Shown here: positions 19,527 through 29,618 of the stretch, piece by piece
Layout of the letters: each line of letters starts with the position of its first letter
Position numbering within the stretch: position 1 is the first letter of the stretch
NCBI GenBank assembly: GCA_965219445.1
Contig: CBDCNQ010000001.1
Coordinates: 160,001-224,000, forward strand
Source: Longimicrobiales bacterium
GTDB lineage: Bacteria; Gemmatimonadota; Gemmatimonadetes; Longimicrobiales; Gaopeijiaceae
Length of the DNA: 64,000 bases
Direction of reading: 5' to 3'
Notes under the pieces: generated by a model
The model's database searches: none
Seen by the model: the letters and a program-made list of their open reading frames with translations, nothing else
What the model was told of the DNA's origin: nothing
Translations under genes and position numbers: made by a program

Positions 19527-22250
19527 TTAGTTCCTCGACGGGTGGAGGCTGAGCACGTCGCTCTTTCGAACGTCGACCACGACCACGCCGCCTACGTCGG
19601 TGATGCCGACCAGCTTCACCACGATGCACGCATCTTCCGTGGGTCCGCCGGCCGCCGGGTGGGGTGTGTTGAAATTTCCACCTGCGAAGATTTCTATGGC
19701 GCTACCGATGGGGGTTGCGGTTTCGTCCAGCACCACCCTCGTCGTACATGTGAGGCCCGCGTTGTCTCCCGGGAAGGGGAGCACGGCCTTGAGGGGGCCG
19801 GACGGAAGGTCCTTGGTGAAGATGCGGCCCGACTTGATGAAGTGGAACGTGTCGATGATTTCGATCGTTTTGTCGCCGGTGCCGACGAACGCCAGATGCG
19901 TGTCCGGCTGATAGAGCCCGGTCGGGTTATCGAGAGAAAGCGAGTTCGCGTGCAACGGATGGAGCACGGCCCCGGATCCGCCGGGCGTGATGACGGTGCT
20001 GCCTTGCAACCGGAGATCGGTGCTGAAGAAAGACGCCTCCAGGCTGCCAAGCGCAACGCCGAGCGTACCGTCATTGTTAAGGCCGATACCACGGACGGTC
20101 TCGCTGCCGTTGATCATGAGGTCGGTCACTGCGATGGCTCCGCTGACCACGTCCGTGGCGGCCTCGTACATGATGACACGGCCGACCGGTGAGATCGCCC
20201 CCTCACCGAAGACCACCCAGTCGCCGTTCCCCGAGGCCGAAACGTACGTCGTATCGTGGAAGCCGACGTTCTCGACGCTCCACCGGCCGGCTCTGGTGAT
20301 GACATCGTTGGCGAGTGGGATCGCCGCGGCAGCTGCGGCCGCGTCAATACCTTGCCCGGAAGAAGTCGTACCGTAGTCCCCTGGCACGTGATCCACGATC
20401 AGGACGTCGTCATTCGTTCCCAAGGCCCCCGGTCTCACGGCCACTACGAAGTCGGCGTTGGCCACACCAGTGAACGTAGGCGCCTCGATCATCGCTGCGT
20501 GCTGGGTAAAGAGCTGGACCTCAGTGTTAAACGGGGCCGCAGGACCGGCGAAAGCTTTACGGATCGTTCCGAAATCCCCGAGTATTTCCGTCACGGTCGA
20601 ATAGAGGATCCGGCCCGTGTTGTCGACCGCAATGAACTGTGGCTCATCGGTGAACCCCGGGGGGGTAGCGTCCGGGAGGAAGGTCACGTTGTACTTGATA
20701 TTGGCTGTCTCGTCGAGCGTCTCTTCAACGTCGAACAGTACGGCATCGGGCGTGATGAGTCGCCGTCCGGGATCCTCGACGGGAACCCCGCCGAGACCAC
20801 CCGGATCCAGGTCCACCATCGAGATGTTGACTCCCCCGGAGTTCGCCACAAGGAGCGTGTCCTCACCGTTGTTCATCGTGAGACCCCATGGCTTCGAACC
20901 CACCGCAGCGGCCGTCTGGAAAGTCTCCGTAGCAAGCTCGAAGATTTCGATTCGATCGCGGTCGATGTTGGAGAGATAGAGCTTCCCGCGGATCGTATCC
21001 ATCACCGCATCCATGATGTTACCGCCCGTGGGCAGCAGCACGGTCCGTCCGGCCACGATGATCCGCGTCAAGCGAAGACCAATCCGATTCAATGCGACGG
21101 TGTCTCCCACCGAAGCTGAACAGTTTCCTGCGGCGTCCTCCGAGTACCCAAAGACCTCGTATACCATCGTGTCGGGAAGCTCGAGCGCGTCCATGTTGAA
21201 GACCGAGAAGTCAAAGGTCTCAAGCACCGTTCCGGTTCGGGGGCTGGCAAAGATCACCTCATCCGACACGATTACGGTGTCCCCACGCCTCGGGGATATG
21301 CCGAGGACGGTATATCCAGTACGCCTGACTCCGCTCCCCTGGTTGTCGTCTACGGACGTGACCTCGACGTGAACGAGATCCTGGAGCTCCAGACGTTCGT
21401 TCGAGGTTGCCGTGAGTTGCACCTGCGGTGCGACATTGTCCACGCCACCCGCAGCAGTCACCGTGACCGTGAGTGGACCAGCCTGCCCGATCACATCGAG
21501 CGTGTTCCAGGCACGAGCCGTAATGACCATCTGCCCCGTGAGACCGGCGGGAATGTTAACCGTCGTATTGAGAATCAGAGAATCCACCACGGGTGAGATC
21601 GGCTGGAGAATGACGGTCGAAACCGCCCCCGTGACCGTGATCTCGACCTGGCGAACTCCTGCGCCATCTCTGGCTTGGACTCCCAGCCCGAGGGTAAGGC
21701 CCGACTGAATGACCTCGCCACCCACCAGGTTCGTGAACAATACCTCGGGGCCACCCAAAATGAGCGGTACCGTATCCGCGGCAGAGTTCCCTAGACTGTC
21801 GAACGCGGTGACGATGATCTGAGTCGTCTCGAGTATCGTATCGGGAAGTGCCACCAGGTAACGGCTCATCGTCGTATCGAGAACCGGAGGCACCAAGTCC
21901 ACCGTCTTGGACGTGAAGCGGGGAACAAAGCTTTGGGTACCCAAGGAGGCGTCCCCACGGACCGAGATCCCTTCGAAGACAATCCTCGAAATGCCAGCAT
22001 CGTCACGGATGTCGGCGATGATGAGCACGGAGTCTCCCAGCGGTATTGCGGCTGCGGAGAGGGGGGAGGGCTGCCGGATGTTGACGACAGGGATTTCGCT
22101 ATCCTGTAGCGAACCACCGATACCCGTGAAGTCGACAAAGAGATTATCGCCCTGGCACGCAGCGAAGAGAATGCCCGCCAAGAGTCCCCCGGCCAAACCC
22201 TTCAGGGGGTTCCTCCGCGTATTGTGCGTATAAGTTCGTTGACGCTGCAT
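19527..22250 (-). CDS. Large lipoprotein with Ig-like domains and YVTN/YncE-like beta-propeller
   Basis: Lipobox LFAAC; Ig-like VTAFDSLGNS and ARAWNT strands; VGSKPWGL...LLVANSGG propeller motif; RBS AAGGGAG before ATG 22250. Confidence 0.75.
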   Translation of the reverse strand: MQRQRTYTHNTRRNPLKGLAGGLLAGILFAACQGDNLFVDFTGIGGSLQDSEIPVVNIRQPSPLSAAAIPLGDSVLIIADIRDDAGISRIVFEGISVRGDASLGTQSFVPRFTSKTVDLVPPVLDTTMSRYLVALPDTILETTQIIVTAFDSLGNSAADTVPLILGGPEVLFTNLVGGEVIQSGLTLGLGVQARDGAGVRQVEITVTGAVSTVILQPISPVVDSLILNTTVNIPAGLTGQMVITARAWNTLDVIGQAGPLTVTVTAAGGVDNVAPQVQLTATSNERLELQDLVHVEVTSVDDNQGSGVRRTGYTVLGISPRRGDTVIVSDEVIFASPRTGTVLETFDFSVFNMDALELPDTMVYEVFGYSEDAAGNCSASVGDTVALNRIGLRLTRIIVAGRTVLLPTGGNIMDAVMDTIRGKLYLSNIDRDRIEIFELATETFQTAAAVGSKPWGLTMNNGEDTLLVANSGGVNISMVDLDPGGLGGVPVEDPGRRLITPDAVLFDVEETLDETANIKYNVTFLPDATPPGFTDEPQFIAVDNTGRILYSTVTEILGDFGTIRKAFAGPAAPFNTEVQLFTQHAAMIEAPTFTGVANADFVVAVRPGALGTNDDVLIVDHVPGDYGTTSSGQGIDAAAAAAAIPLANDVITRAGRWSVENVGFHDTTYVSASGNGDWVVFGEGAISPVGRVIMYEAATDVVSGAIAVTDLMINGSETVRGIGLNNDGTLGVALGSLEASFFSTDLRLQGSTVITPGGSGAVLHPLHANSLSLDNPTGLYQPDTHLAFVGTGDKTIEIIDTFHFIKSGRIFTKDLPSGPLKAVLPFPGDNAGLTCTTRVVLDETATPIGSAIEIFAGGNFNTPHPAAGGPTEDACIVVKLVGITDVGGVVVVDVRKSDVLSLHPSRN

Positions 22251-22490
22251 TATATCTCCCTTGCGTGCCGACTTTTCCATCTTATCGCCCCTTCTCCGGG
22301 CTTCCCTGGCAGGACCTCCACCCTATTGGGTGCGAGATCCGTGCCAGCCGTGGAACCGCCGTCTCAAACGCAGTCATACCGCCACATGGCCCGTCATCGG
22401 GACACACTTTTCTCACTCACTGGTAAAGTTTACTCAGTCAGACCGCAGCACAGTCGCCGACCAATGTCTCACTTGGTATCCAGGCATCGC

Positions 22491-24221
22491 CTAGAAATCT
22501 TGTTCCACAATGTTCGGGGTCACCAGGATCATCAGATCCCGTTGGATGTCCGACTCCTGGGTCGTGCGGAAGAGGCCCCCGAGAAGCGGCAGGTCCATCA
22601 AGAGCGGAATCCCAGACCGAACCTCGGAGCGCTCCGTCACGGTCAACCCTCCCATGACCACAGTCTCGCCGTCACGCACGAGCACCCGCGTGTCCACATT
22701 CTGTGTCCGGAAGATCAGCCCGACGTCCGTCGTCGCGAGGTCGGCCGCCGAGCGCTCGGCGTGGAGCGTCAGCAGGACGTGGTCCCCGGCCGTAATATGC
22801 GGGGTGGCCTCGAGAATGATTCCCGTTTCCTCGAAGCTTACGGTCGCCGTCGGGAATCCCTGCTCCCCACCGGCGCCTCCCGCGGCCGCATCGATGATGC
22901 GGACCGGTGTCCGCTCACCAACCTGGAGGCGCGCCAGCTGGTTGTCCGCGACCGTGACGGACGGCGCCGCCTGGATGTCTGAGAGGTTTGAAGACTCGAG
23001 GGCTGTGATGAAGTTCAACAGGGTGTGTCGACCTACGACGAGTGAGGTCAGCATACGCAACGTCGGGGCAGCGATCTGGAAATCAGCGTTCCCGAGCGCG
23101 GCAAGCGAGTTCCCGCCGAGCGAGAACACGTTCGTACCGATGGGCACATCCTCGATGATCCCATCGCCATCAAGATCCGCGGCACCGGGAGCGAGCGTGT
23201 TGAGCTGGTTCCCCTGGGAGTCCTTCAGGTCGTAGGTGACACCGAGCTCCGACAAATCCGTCCTGTTCACGAAGATGATCTTCGCGGAAATCATGATCTG
23301 CGGAGTCGGAATGTCCAGATCGCCAATGAGCTGGCTGATGGCATCGTGAACGCGCCGGATATCCGTCACGATGACCGTATTGGCCGCCTGGGCCTCGGCT
23401 ACCTGGCCGCGGGGGCTGATGAGCTGCGCGATGGCGGCGGCCATCTCCGCCGAAGTCCCGTAGCTGATACGGTACGGAATGGTCTCAAGAGGCTCGATGG
23501 CCTCCCGGTCGAACTGGTTCTGGATCGCGTCGACCCGAATAATTCCTGTCTCACTTTCGACGGCGACCAGAGCCCGGCTCTGGAGAATCTCCTCCAGGGC
23601 GTCGTCCCACGCCTGATCGCGAATGTCGGCGGTCACCACGATGCCCGCCACGTCGGTACCGGCGACGATGGATTTGTCCGAGAATTCAGCGAACGTGAAT
23701 AGCACGTCGTCGATCGGCGTGTTGTCGAACGAGACGGAGATTCGGCGATCGGTCTCCTGGACCTGCTGGATTGGCGCGGAAGCCGGGATGAACGGGGAGG
23801 CCGTCGCGATGAAGGCCGGATCGAAGGCCAAAGACGGGCTTTCCCATGGATCGAACTCTCCGGCGAGGTTGGCCAAAGAAATTCGAACCGCTCCGCCCGA
23901 TTCTTCGACGGTGTATCCCGTCATCTCCTGGAGGTCCACAACGATCCGGACGATATCGTCGGCGTACTGGCTCGTACGGACCGACAAAACACCTCCGCGG
24001 TTGATATCCAGAAAGTCTTCCTGGGCAAGCCCGTGCCTCGCATCCAACACGTCGACGATGATGCGCGCCGGCGCTTCCATGCTGAACGATCTGAAGGAGA
24101 TCGAACCATCGACCGCGACGAGAATCTCCGTCCGATCACGGTTCGGGACGACGCTTACCCCTGTCACCAACTCGGCGGCTGGCAGAAGTAGCCCAATCAA
24201 CAAAGTGAGGATCGCAGTCAT
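22491..24221 (-). CDS. pilQ: Type IV pilus secretin PilQ
   Basis: AMIN domain (PARIIVD, VRIVVDL), LDIPTPQIMISAKI, VRDGETVVMGGL, GIPLLMDLPLLG, LMILVTPNI. Confidence 0.92.
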   Translation of the reverse strand: MTAILTLLIGLLLPAAELVTGVSVVPNRDRTEILVAVDGSISFRSFSMEAPARIIVDVLDARHGLAQEDFLDINRGGVLSVRTSQYADDIVRIVVDLQEMTGYTVEESGGAVRISLANLAGEFDPWESPSLAFDPAFIATASPFIPASAPIQQVQETDRRISVSFDNTPIDDVLFTFAEFSDKSIVAGTDVAGIVVTADIRDQAWDDALEEILQSRALVAVESETGIIRVDAIQNQFDREAIEPLETIPYRISYGTSAEMAAAIAQLISPRGQVAEAQAANTVIVTDIRRVHDAISQLIGDLDIPTPQIMISAKIIFVNRTDLSELGVTYDLKDSQGNQLNTLAPGAADLDGDGIIEDVPIGTNVFSLGGNSLAALGNADFQIAAPTLRMLTSLVVGRHTLLNFITALESSNLSDIQAAPSVTVADNQLARLQVGERTPVRIIDAAAGGAGGEQGFPTATVSFEETGIILEATPHITAGDHVLLTLHAERSAADLATTDVGLIFRTQNVDTRVLVRDGETVVMGGLTVTERSEVRSGIPLLMDLPLLGGLFRTTQESDIQRDLMILVTPNIVEQDF

Positions 24222-24767
24222 TTAGGGGCCTCCCTGGCCCGGTACTGCCCGTGGCAATAGCAAAGTTCTCGACTCGGTAAGACCGAATTCCACTAACTCG
24301 ATGGTCACTTCCTGACGGTCGATCCTACTGACTGTCAGATTTCCCAGTGTGGCTCCCTCCCTCACTCGGTAGGTGCCCCCGGTTATCTCCACCGTAACCG
24401 TCTCGGGAGTATCCCCAACCCCAGGATTGACCGTTCTCGAACCCTCACCAAAAATGGCAATGCTCTCACCGGCGAACGGTGAGTAGAGGACCCCGAGGAG
24501 CATGAGACTCTCGAAACGTGGCCCGCCGCCCTCAGCCGAAACCAGCGTCTCGAAAGGGTTTCGACGCTCATATTGAGGGTACACGAACACCTCTCGCTCG
24601 AAGGCCAAGGCCAAACTGTCTTCCGGCTGGCCTTGGGGCTGTTGAGCCGGGGTGTCCTGGCCCGCCAGGTCCGCTACACCGATGAGGCCTCGTGCCTCCG
24701 GCCCCCCCGGAACGAGCCAACCCGCGGCCAGCGTGAAGAGACACGTGTAGACGAACCTGATGCTCAT
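24222..24767 (-). CDS. PilP-like pilus assembly protein
   Basis: RRNPF motif and YRVREG beta domain; lies between pilO and pilQ. Confidence 0.65.
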   Translation of the reverse strand: MSIRFVYTCLFTLAAGWLVPGGPEARGLIGVADLAGQDTPAQQPQGQPEDSLALAFEREVFVYPQYERRNPFETLVSAEGGGPRFESLMLLGVLYSPFAGESIAIFGEGSRTVNPGVGDTPETVTVEITGGTYRVREGATLGNLTVSRIDRQEVTIELVEFGLTESRTLLLPRAVPGQGGP

Positions 24768-25351
24768 GGGGTGGTCCCTCCCTGACGTTCCGAAACGACG
24801 TAGGTCTGGAATCGAAAATTGACGACGACCGGGGCGTCGAATGATCCCCCGCGCGGGTCCACGAACTCCTCCACGGAGACGTCCATCGGAGTGAGGATGC
24901 GCGGCAGGGACGCGATATCTGTCAGGAACCGTCCGACATCATGAAACTCCCCGAAGACCGACATCTCGAAGGTTTGCACGGTGTAAAACTCCCCAGGTTC
25001 CGGCGGATTCGTGCGCAACGTGGCCACAGTGACTCCGACCTCGCGCCCCGCAAGACTGATCTGATCCACGAGCGCGGCCACCTCCGCCTGCGCCGGGATG
25101 AGTTGCTCGAGTTGAGCGATGTGGCGTTCGTACAAAGCCATGCGCTCCTCGGTGTCCTGGCCCGCGCGGATGGCGAGCGCCTGCGCCGTGCGATTCTGGG
25201 CCTGCATATTCTCGACGCGTGCCTCTTCGGCTTCGAGCGATTCGATGGCACCGCTATACCAAAGACTGTTGGCGAAGTAGAGCACGACCAGCGAGACGGC
25301 GATTACCGCCAGGGCCTGCTGTTGTTTCGGATCGTCGGGAATCAGCGCCAT
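24764..25351 (-). CDS. pilO: Type IV pilus assembly protein PilO
   Basis: TM helix plus coiled coil, LIPAQAEVAAL, GEFHDVGRFLTDIASLPRI. Confidence 0.9.
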   Translation of the reverse strand: MALIPDDPKQQQALAVIAVSLVVLYFANSLWYSGAIESLEAEEARVENMQAQNRTAQALAIRAGQDTEERMALYERHIAQLEQLIPAQAEVAALVDQISLAGREVGVTVATLRTNPPEPGEFYTVQTFEMSVFGEFHDVGRFLTDIASLPRILTPMDVSVEEFVDPRGGSFDAPVVVNFRFQTYVVSERQGGTTP

Positions 25352-25358
25352 AGGTTGC

Positions 25359-25433
25359 CTACTCGTTGACCGTCATGGGTTCTGCGAAGAGCGGGATGGT
25401 CTCGATGAGCTCCATGGGCGGCGGTGCGTACAC
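25359..25433 (-). pseudogene. pilN: 3' remnant of probable pilN
   Basis: ...VYAPPPMELIETIPLFAEPMTVNE* ends 7 bp before the pilO ATG; in-frame stop at ~25450 upstream; position expected for pilN. Confidence 0.55.
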
Positions 25434-25819
25434 GCAGTCCAACTGGGACTAGCGGTTACAATCGTAACCGTAAGTCATACAATAGTTTATCGTTCATGAC
25501 AGTGGTTCGTGTACCACTTCAGATATACAAATATGAGCGGGATTGCAGTGGACCGAATGGGAGGGCTGCGGACCTGCGGACGGAGTTCCGGGGCGCGAAG
25601 TGGCGGCACCCACCATCATGCGGTCCAGCCCGCCGACAGCGCCTCCGCCTGTTCGAGCGCCGCCGCGTCCTGATGGAGCACAGGAGGCACGGCACCCCTG
25701 TCGCCCGCCTTTCCCGAGGCGGACAACCGATCTGATTTGTGAGGCGTCCGGGTTCCCGCCCGGGCGCTTCGTCGTATCCGGAAGGTAGCTGAGACGGCTT
25801 CTGCGGCCAAACGGTCAGT

Positions 25820-25978
25820 CTAGTACGGCTCGTCCCATTCGGACGGATTGCGGTCTGATCTCGTTTTCTCTATATCGTCCAAGCGTTCATTCATCCCGCG
25901 CGTGCGGTCCTCGAGCTCGTCGACCTTCCAGGCCATCACGAATACCATGAAGAACAGGAATGCTATCCACCAACCCAT
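25820..25978 (-). CDS. Small single-TM protein
   Basis: MGWWIAFLFFMVFVMAW followed by a short coiled coil; coupled to the upstream ORF. Confidence 0.45.
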   Translation of the reverse strand: MGWWIAFLFFMVFVMAWKVDELEDRTRGMNERLDDIEKTRSDRNPSEWDEPY

Positions 25979-25979
25979 C

Positions 25980-26375
25980 TCACGGGTCACCTCGATCGGC
26001 AATGGTGGCGTCCCCGCAATCGTCCACAGCGGCGCAAATGTCATGAAGAGATTCGAGCACGTAGTACGTCACCAGCTCACCGCTGCCGAGGCGAACCACT
26101 ATCCGCGTTTGCGCTACCCCGAGCGAGAGACTTTGAGTTGCCTGTTCCCGTTCTCTAGGCTCACCCATGGTGACTTCCTGCCCTTCGCAACGATCGAACA
26201 GGAGTTCGCCCAGGACAATATCGGTCAGTGCGACGTTGCGTTGACCGTCGGCATTAGTCCATTCAAACCGCACGACGGTCACGACTATCCATCTGGGATC
26301 GGCGTCGCACGGGGTTTGGGCGGCGATGGGTAAGGCGAAGGAGGCGAGGGCGAGGGCGAGCAGGAGACCACGCAC
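25980..26375 (-). CDS. Secreted hypothetical protein
   Basis: Signal peptide MRGLLLALALASFALPIAA, four Cys. Confidence 0.55.
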   Translation of the reverse strand: MRGLLLALALASFALPIAAQTPCDADPRWIVVTVVRFEWTNADGQRNVALTDIVLGELLFDRCEGQEVTMGEPREREQATQSLSLGVAQTRIVVRLGSGELVTYYVLESLHDICAAVDDCGDATIADRGDP

Positions 26376-26820
26376 GGCAACCTCAGGCTGTTGTATTGAG
26401 CGAGCGAACCGACTTTAGGGCCTCTCGTCCTGATGGACAGGCTCATCATAGGCGGGGTGTGCGCGACGGGCAACAAGCGTTCATTTGAGGCCCGATCCGA
26501 GGCCGATCCACGGCGAGGGGCTCCGCCCCTTCGATCCCGAAGGACGCCCGCGCTCCGCTGCGGTGTGCGTGCTCGCCCATCCTGCGAGCCGTGTCCGGTC
26601 GCGCCCGATGGAGCTTGGCCCAGGCGGCTCCGCTCGCGCTCAATGGCGCGTGCAGGCGCGGTCCACGTTCGCCTCCGCGCCATCGTCGGTCGCCGCGACC
26701 TCGTAGGCGGCGTGCGGGCGGTCGCCATGACGGTGAGGTGGTCCTCGGGGAGCGCACCGGCGACGCGGTTCGCGACGGCGGCACCCACCGCTCGCTGCCC
26801 CGGCAGCGGCGCGGGAAGTT

Positions 26821-26888
26821 GGGGGTTCAAGGGGGGCGCAGCGTCCCCTTGGCCAGACCGCAATGTTTCACATACGTAGGCTGGCTTA
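26821..26888 (+). other. Orphan oriT-like site
   Basis: GC hairpin (CAAGGGG...CCCCTTG) followed by GTAGGCTGGCTTA, which contains the ColE1 nic motif CTGG^CTTA. Confidence 0.5.
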
Positions 26889-27051
26889 GGCGGATTCGCA
26901 GCTCTCCCGGCACTGACGCATGGAACCGGCGCATGACGGCTCGGCTCGCCCGTGGGAGGGGGGGGCAGCCTCGGAGGCTCCGGAGCCGTTAGGGGCCTCG
27001 CGCTGACGCTCTACGCCCGTACTCATGCGCGAGGGAACCGCCCCCGCCACC

Positions 27052-27291
27052 TCACTCAACGCCTCCGCCGCCGTCTCGGTCAGCGGAGGCTTCGGTCACC
27101 GCCTCCCGGATCATGCCCTTTGTCCCCTCGCGCCAGAAACCGGCAAGCGCCAAGAGAAACGCGATCACCGCCACGACGGCCGAAACATTCATCATGCTTA
27201 CCGGACCCAGCAGCGCAAACGCCAGGGCGATAAACGCCACGAGGAAAAACCACCTCGACTTTATCGTCTGCCCCTTCTCACGCTTCTCCAT
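27052..27291 (-). CDS. Small two-TM protein
   Basis: Two hydrophobic helices; upstream region cut by an IS end. Confidence 0.45.
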   Translation of the reverse strand: MEKREKGQTIKSRWFFLVAFIALAFALLGPVSMMNVSAVVAVIAFLLALAGFWREGTKGMIREAVTEASADRDGGGGVE

Positions 27292-27311
27292 TCCGGTCCT
27301 CCGTAGTAACT

Positions 27312-28374
27312 TGACCTGCCCCCAAGAGCGGTACCACATCCTATGTTAGTCCCAGCACCTGTGGAGGGCCGTGAGGGACGGGCATCCTCAGGAACCAGGG
27401 CGACGGCTTAATCGCCTCAGGGGCCGGGGGAAAGCCGCCGCAGGCGCTGTGGGGTCGGACGGTATTGTACTCGCGCCTCCATTGCTCGACCAGCACGGCC
27501 GCCTGCGCCAACGAGTAGAAGATCTCCCCGTTCAACAGCTCGTCCCTGAGCTTGCCGTTGAAGCTCTCGTTGTAGCCGTTCTCCCACGGGCTGCCCGGCT
27601 CGATAAAGAGCGTCTCGACGCCCACGCGCCCCAACCACCGCCGCACGAACTTCGCGGTGAACTCCGGTCCGTTGTCCGACCTCAGATACTCGGGAGGCCC
27701 GTGTCGGACGAACAGATCGGCCAGCACCTCGAGCACGTCGTGGGCTCGGATCTTGCGAGCCACCACGATCGCCGGGCACTCCCTCGTGTGCTCGTCCAGC
27801 ACTGTCAGCAGCTTCAGCGCACGCCCGTCGTGCGTCCTCGAGGCCACGAAGTCGTACGACCAGACGTGGCCCCGATACAGCGGCCTCAGCCGGATGCACG
27901 ATCCGTCGTTGAGCCACAGCCGACCTCGCTTCGGCTGCCGCTGCGGCACCTTCAGCCCCTCCTGCCTCCAGATCCGCTCCACCCGCTTGTGCTTCACCCC
28001 CCAGCCCTCGATGCGGAGCATGTCCGTGACGCGTCGGTAGCCGTAGCGGCCGAATCGACTCGCGAGTCGCACGATATCACCTCGGAGCGCCCCCTCGTCA
28101 CTCGCCACTTTCCTCGCCCGGCGCTGGGTCGTGCGTGGCTGCCCGAGCACCCGGCACGCTCTCCTCTCCGACGCCCCGAGCTGCTGACGTACACGCACCA
28201 CACAACGTCGTCGGCGCTCGGGGCTCAGAAGTTTCCCTTGGCCGCTTCCTCCAGGATCAGCTTGTCCAGTGTCAAGTCCGCCACTGCTCGCTTCAGGCGC
28301 CCGTTCTCGCGCTCAAGCTCCTTCAGGCGCCGTGCCTGGCTCACCTTCATCCCGCCGTACTCCCGCCTCCACCG
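27312..28374 (-). mobile_element. IS3-family element (second type), 5'-truncated
   Basis: orfB 27341-28201 ([25 protein letters not shown]), partial orfA, IRR TGACCTGCCCC at 27312. Confidence 0.9.
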
Positions 28375-28523
28375 AGGAGGCCATCTACAACGCCATGTTC
28401 AAGGCGACGACCGTCACGAGCTCTCGGGGGACCCTCCAAGCCATCCCCCTCGAGGAAACGTTGGAGGTTCTCCGGAAGTACAACGCCCTGAACTGGGACC
28501 AGCTCCGACCGCACGGACGCTGA
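28371..28523 (+). pseudogene. C-terminal fragment of a DmpA/P1-family aminopeptidase
   Basis: TEEAIYNAMFKATTVT...LQAIPLE motif. Confidence 0.6.
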
Positions 28524-28895
28524 GGCTGGGCGCTATGCCATCGTTAGGACCATCACACCCTCTCCAAACGAGATCTCACCTCCCGGCGCGCGACACCCTT
28601 TTCGAGCAAGGTTTCAAGGCGGAGAGGCTTCGCTATGGCCCTCTCAATAGAGACTTCGTCGATAACATCCTGCAGTTCTGTATTGACCATCGGCTGGAAC
28701 TGGCCGAGGGACGGCGCTGGATCATTGCTCGTGGTGGCCGCCCGTATCCGCTGATGAAGCTGGTGGACATGCACTTCTGGCAGAAGGCCACCGAGCGCCG
28801 CCGCGAGCGCAGCCAGGGGGTTCGGGGGGTGAGCCCCCCGCCCGCGAACTCCGCCGGAGCGCGGGCCCTCGGGGGATCGAAGGGGCGGAGTCCCT

Positions 28896-28949
28896 CGCCA
28901 GCCCCTGCCGGGGACCCGCGAAGCGTGGCCCCAAAGGGTAGGCTGGCTC
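28896..28949 (+). repeat. Orphan oriT copy
   Basis: 54-bp exact reverse complement of 41451-41504, the site upstream of mobC. Confidence 0.8.
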
Positions 28950-29209
28950 CCGGCCAATAGCGGGTCGGGAGCCAGCCCCGCGGACGCCCTCGAAGCGGCC
29001 GCCGAAGATACCGGGCGGACGGTCCTCGAAGGCGAGGTCCGGGTCGTCGGGGATGGCCACATCGGCGGCCTGGAGGGCCGGTTCCGCCGAAACCCGGTCG
29101 GGGCGGACGGCGTATAGGTAGAGGGCCGCCTCGTCCCGAGGCCGGATCCTTCGGTCGGCGGGCTGGCGGGCCGGAGCCCGTTCGCCGAGGCCCCGGCGCT
29201 CCCGCTTAC

Positions 29210-29466
29210 GGCCGTACTGGAGCGCGCAAACGACGCGGGGTGCCGATGCGCACTTCGGGCTTCCGGCGATGCGCACCCTACTTTCCGCCTATCCGCAGGC
29301 GCGTCATCGTCTTGCGGATCGGCGGCCCGGTCGCCCGTGGCGCACCGGCGGCTCGGGCCGTGGCGGGAGCGACCCCAGGAGCGACCCCCCAGTCCGAGGG
29401 CCTGGTACGGGTTCGGACGCAGGTGTGTTTTCACACCCCTGCCCCCGTCCCTTGGGGTCGCTCCCG
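29210..29466 (+). repeat. Conserved structured non-coding element, copy A
   Basis: Eight motifs shared in order and spacing with 51251-51499 (minus strand); nested stems. Confidence 0.7.
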
Positions 29467-29471
29467 ATCCA

Positions 29472-29618
29472 TCAATCCCTCGCGGGAAGGCCCTCTGCCT
29501 GCGCCGCGTCGGGTGTGCTGAGGTACAGATAGCGCTTCGTCTCGGATTGATCCTGCGCGTGCAGAGCCGCCGCGAACGCCGGAAAAAGGAAGACTGTCAG
29601 GAGAAAGAGTTTCCGCAT
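29472..29618 (-). pseudogene. N-terminal stub of a secreted protein
   Basis: GGAGG RBS, MRKLFLLTVFLFPAFAAALHA signal peptide, truncated after about 45 codons. Confidence 0.45.

Noticed and set aside
27371..28960. 529-aa plus-strand ORF
   Set aside because: Chimera of antisense IS3 sequence and unrelated fragments; only the 28590-28810 piece looks like a real protein remnant, and I cannot name it.
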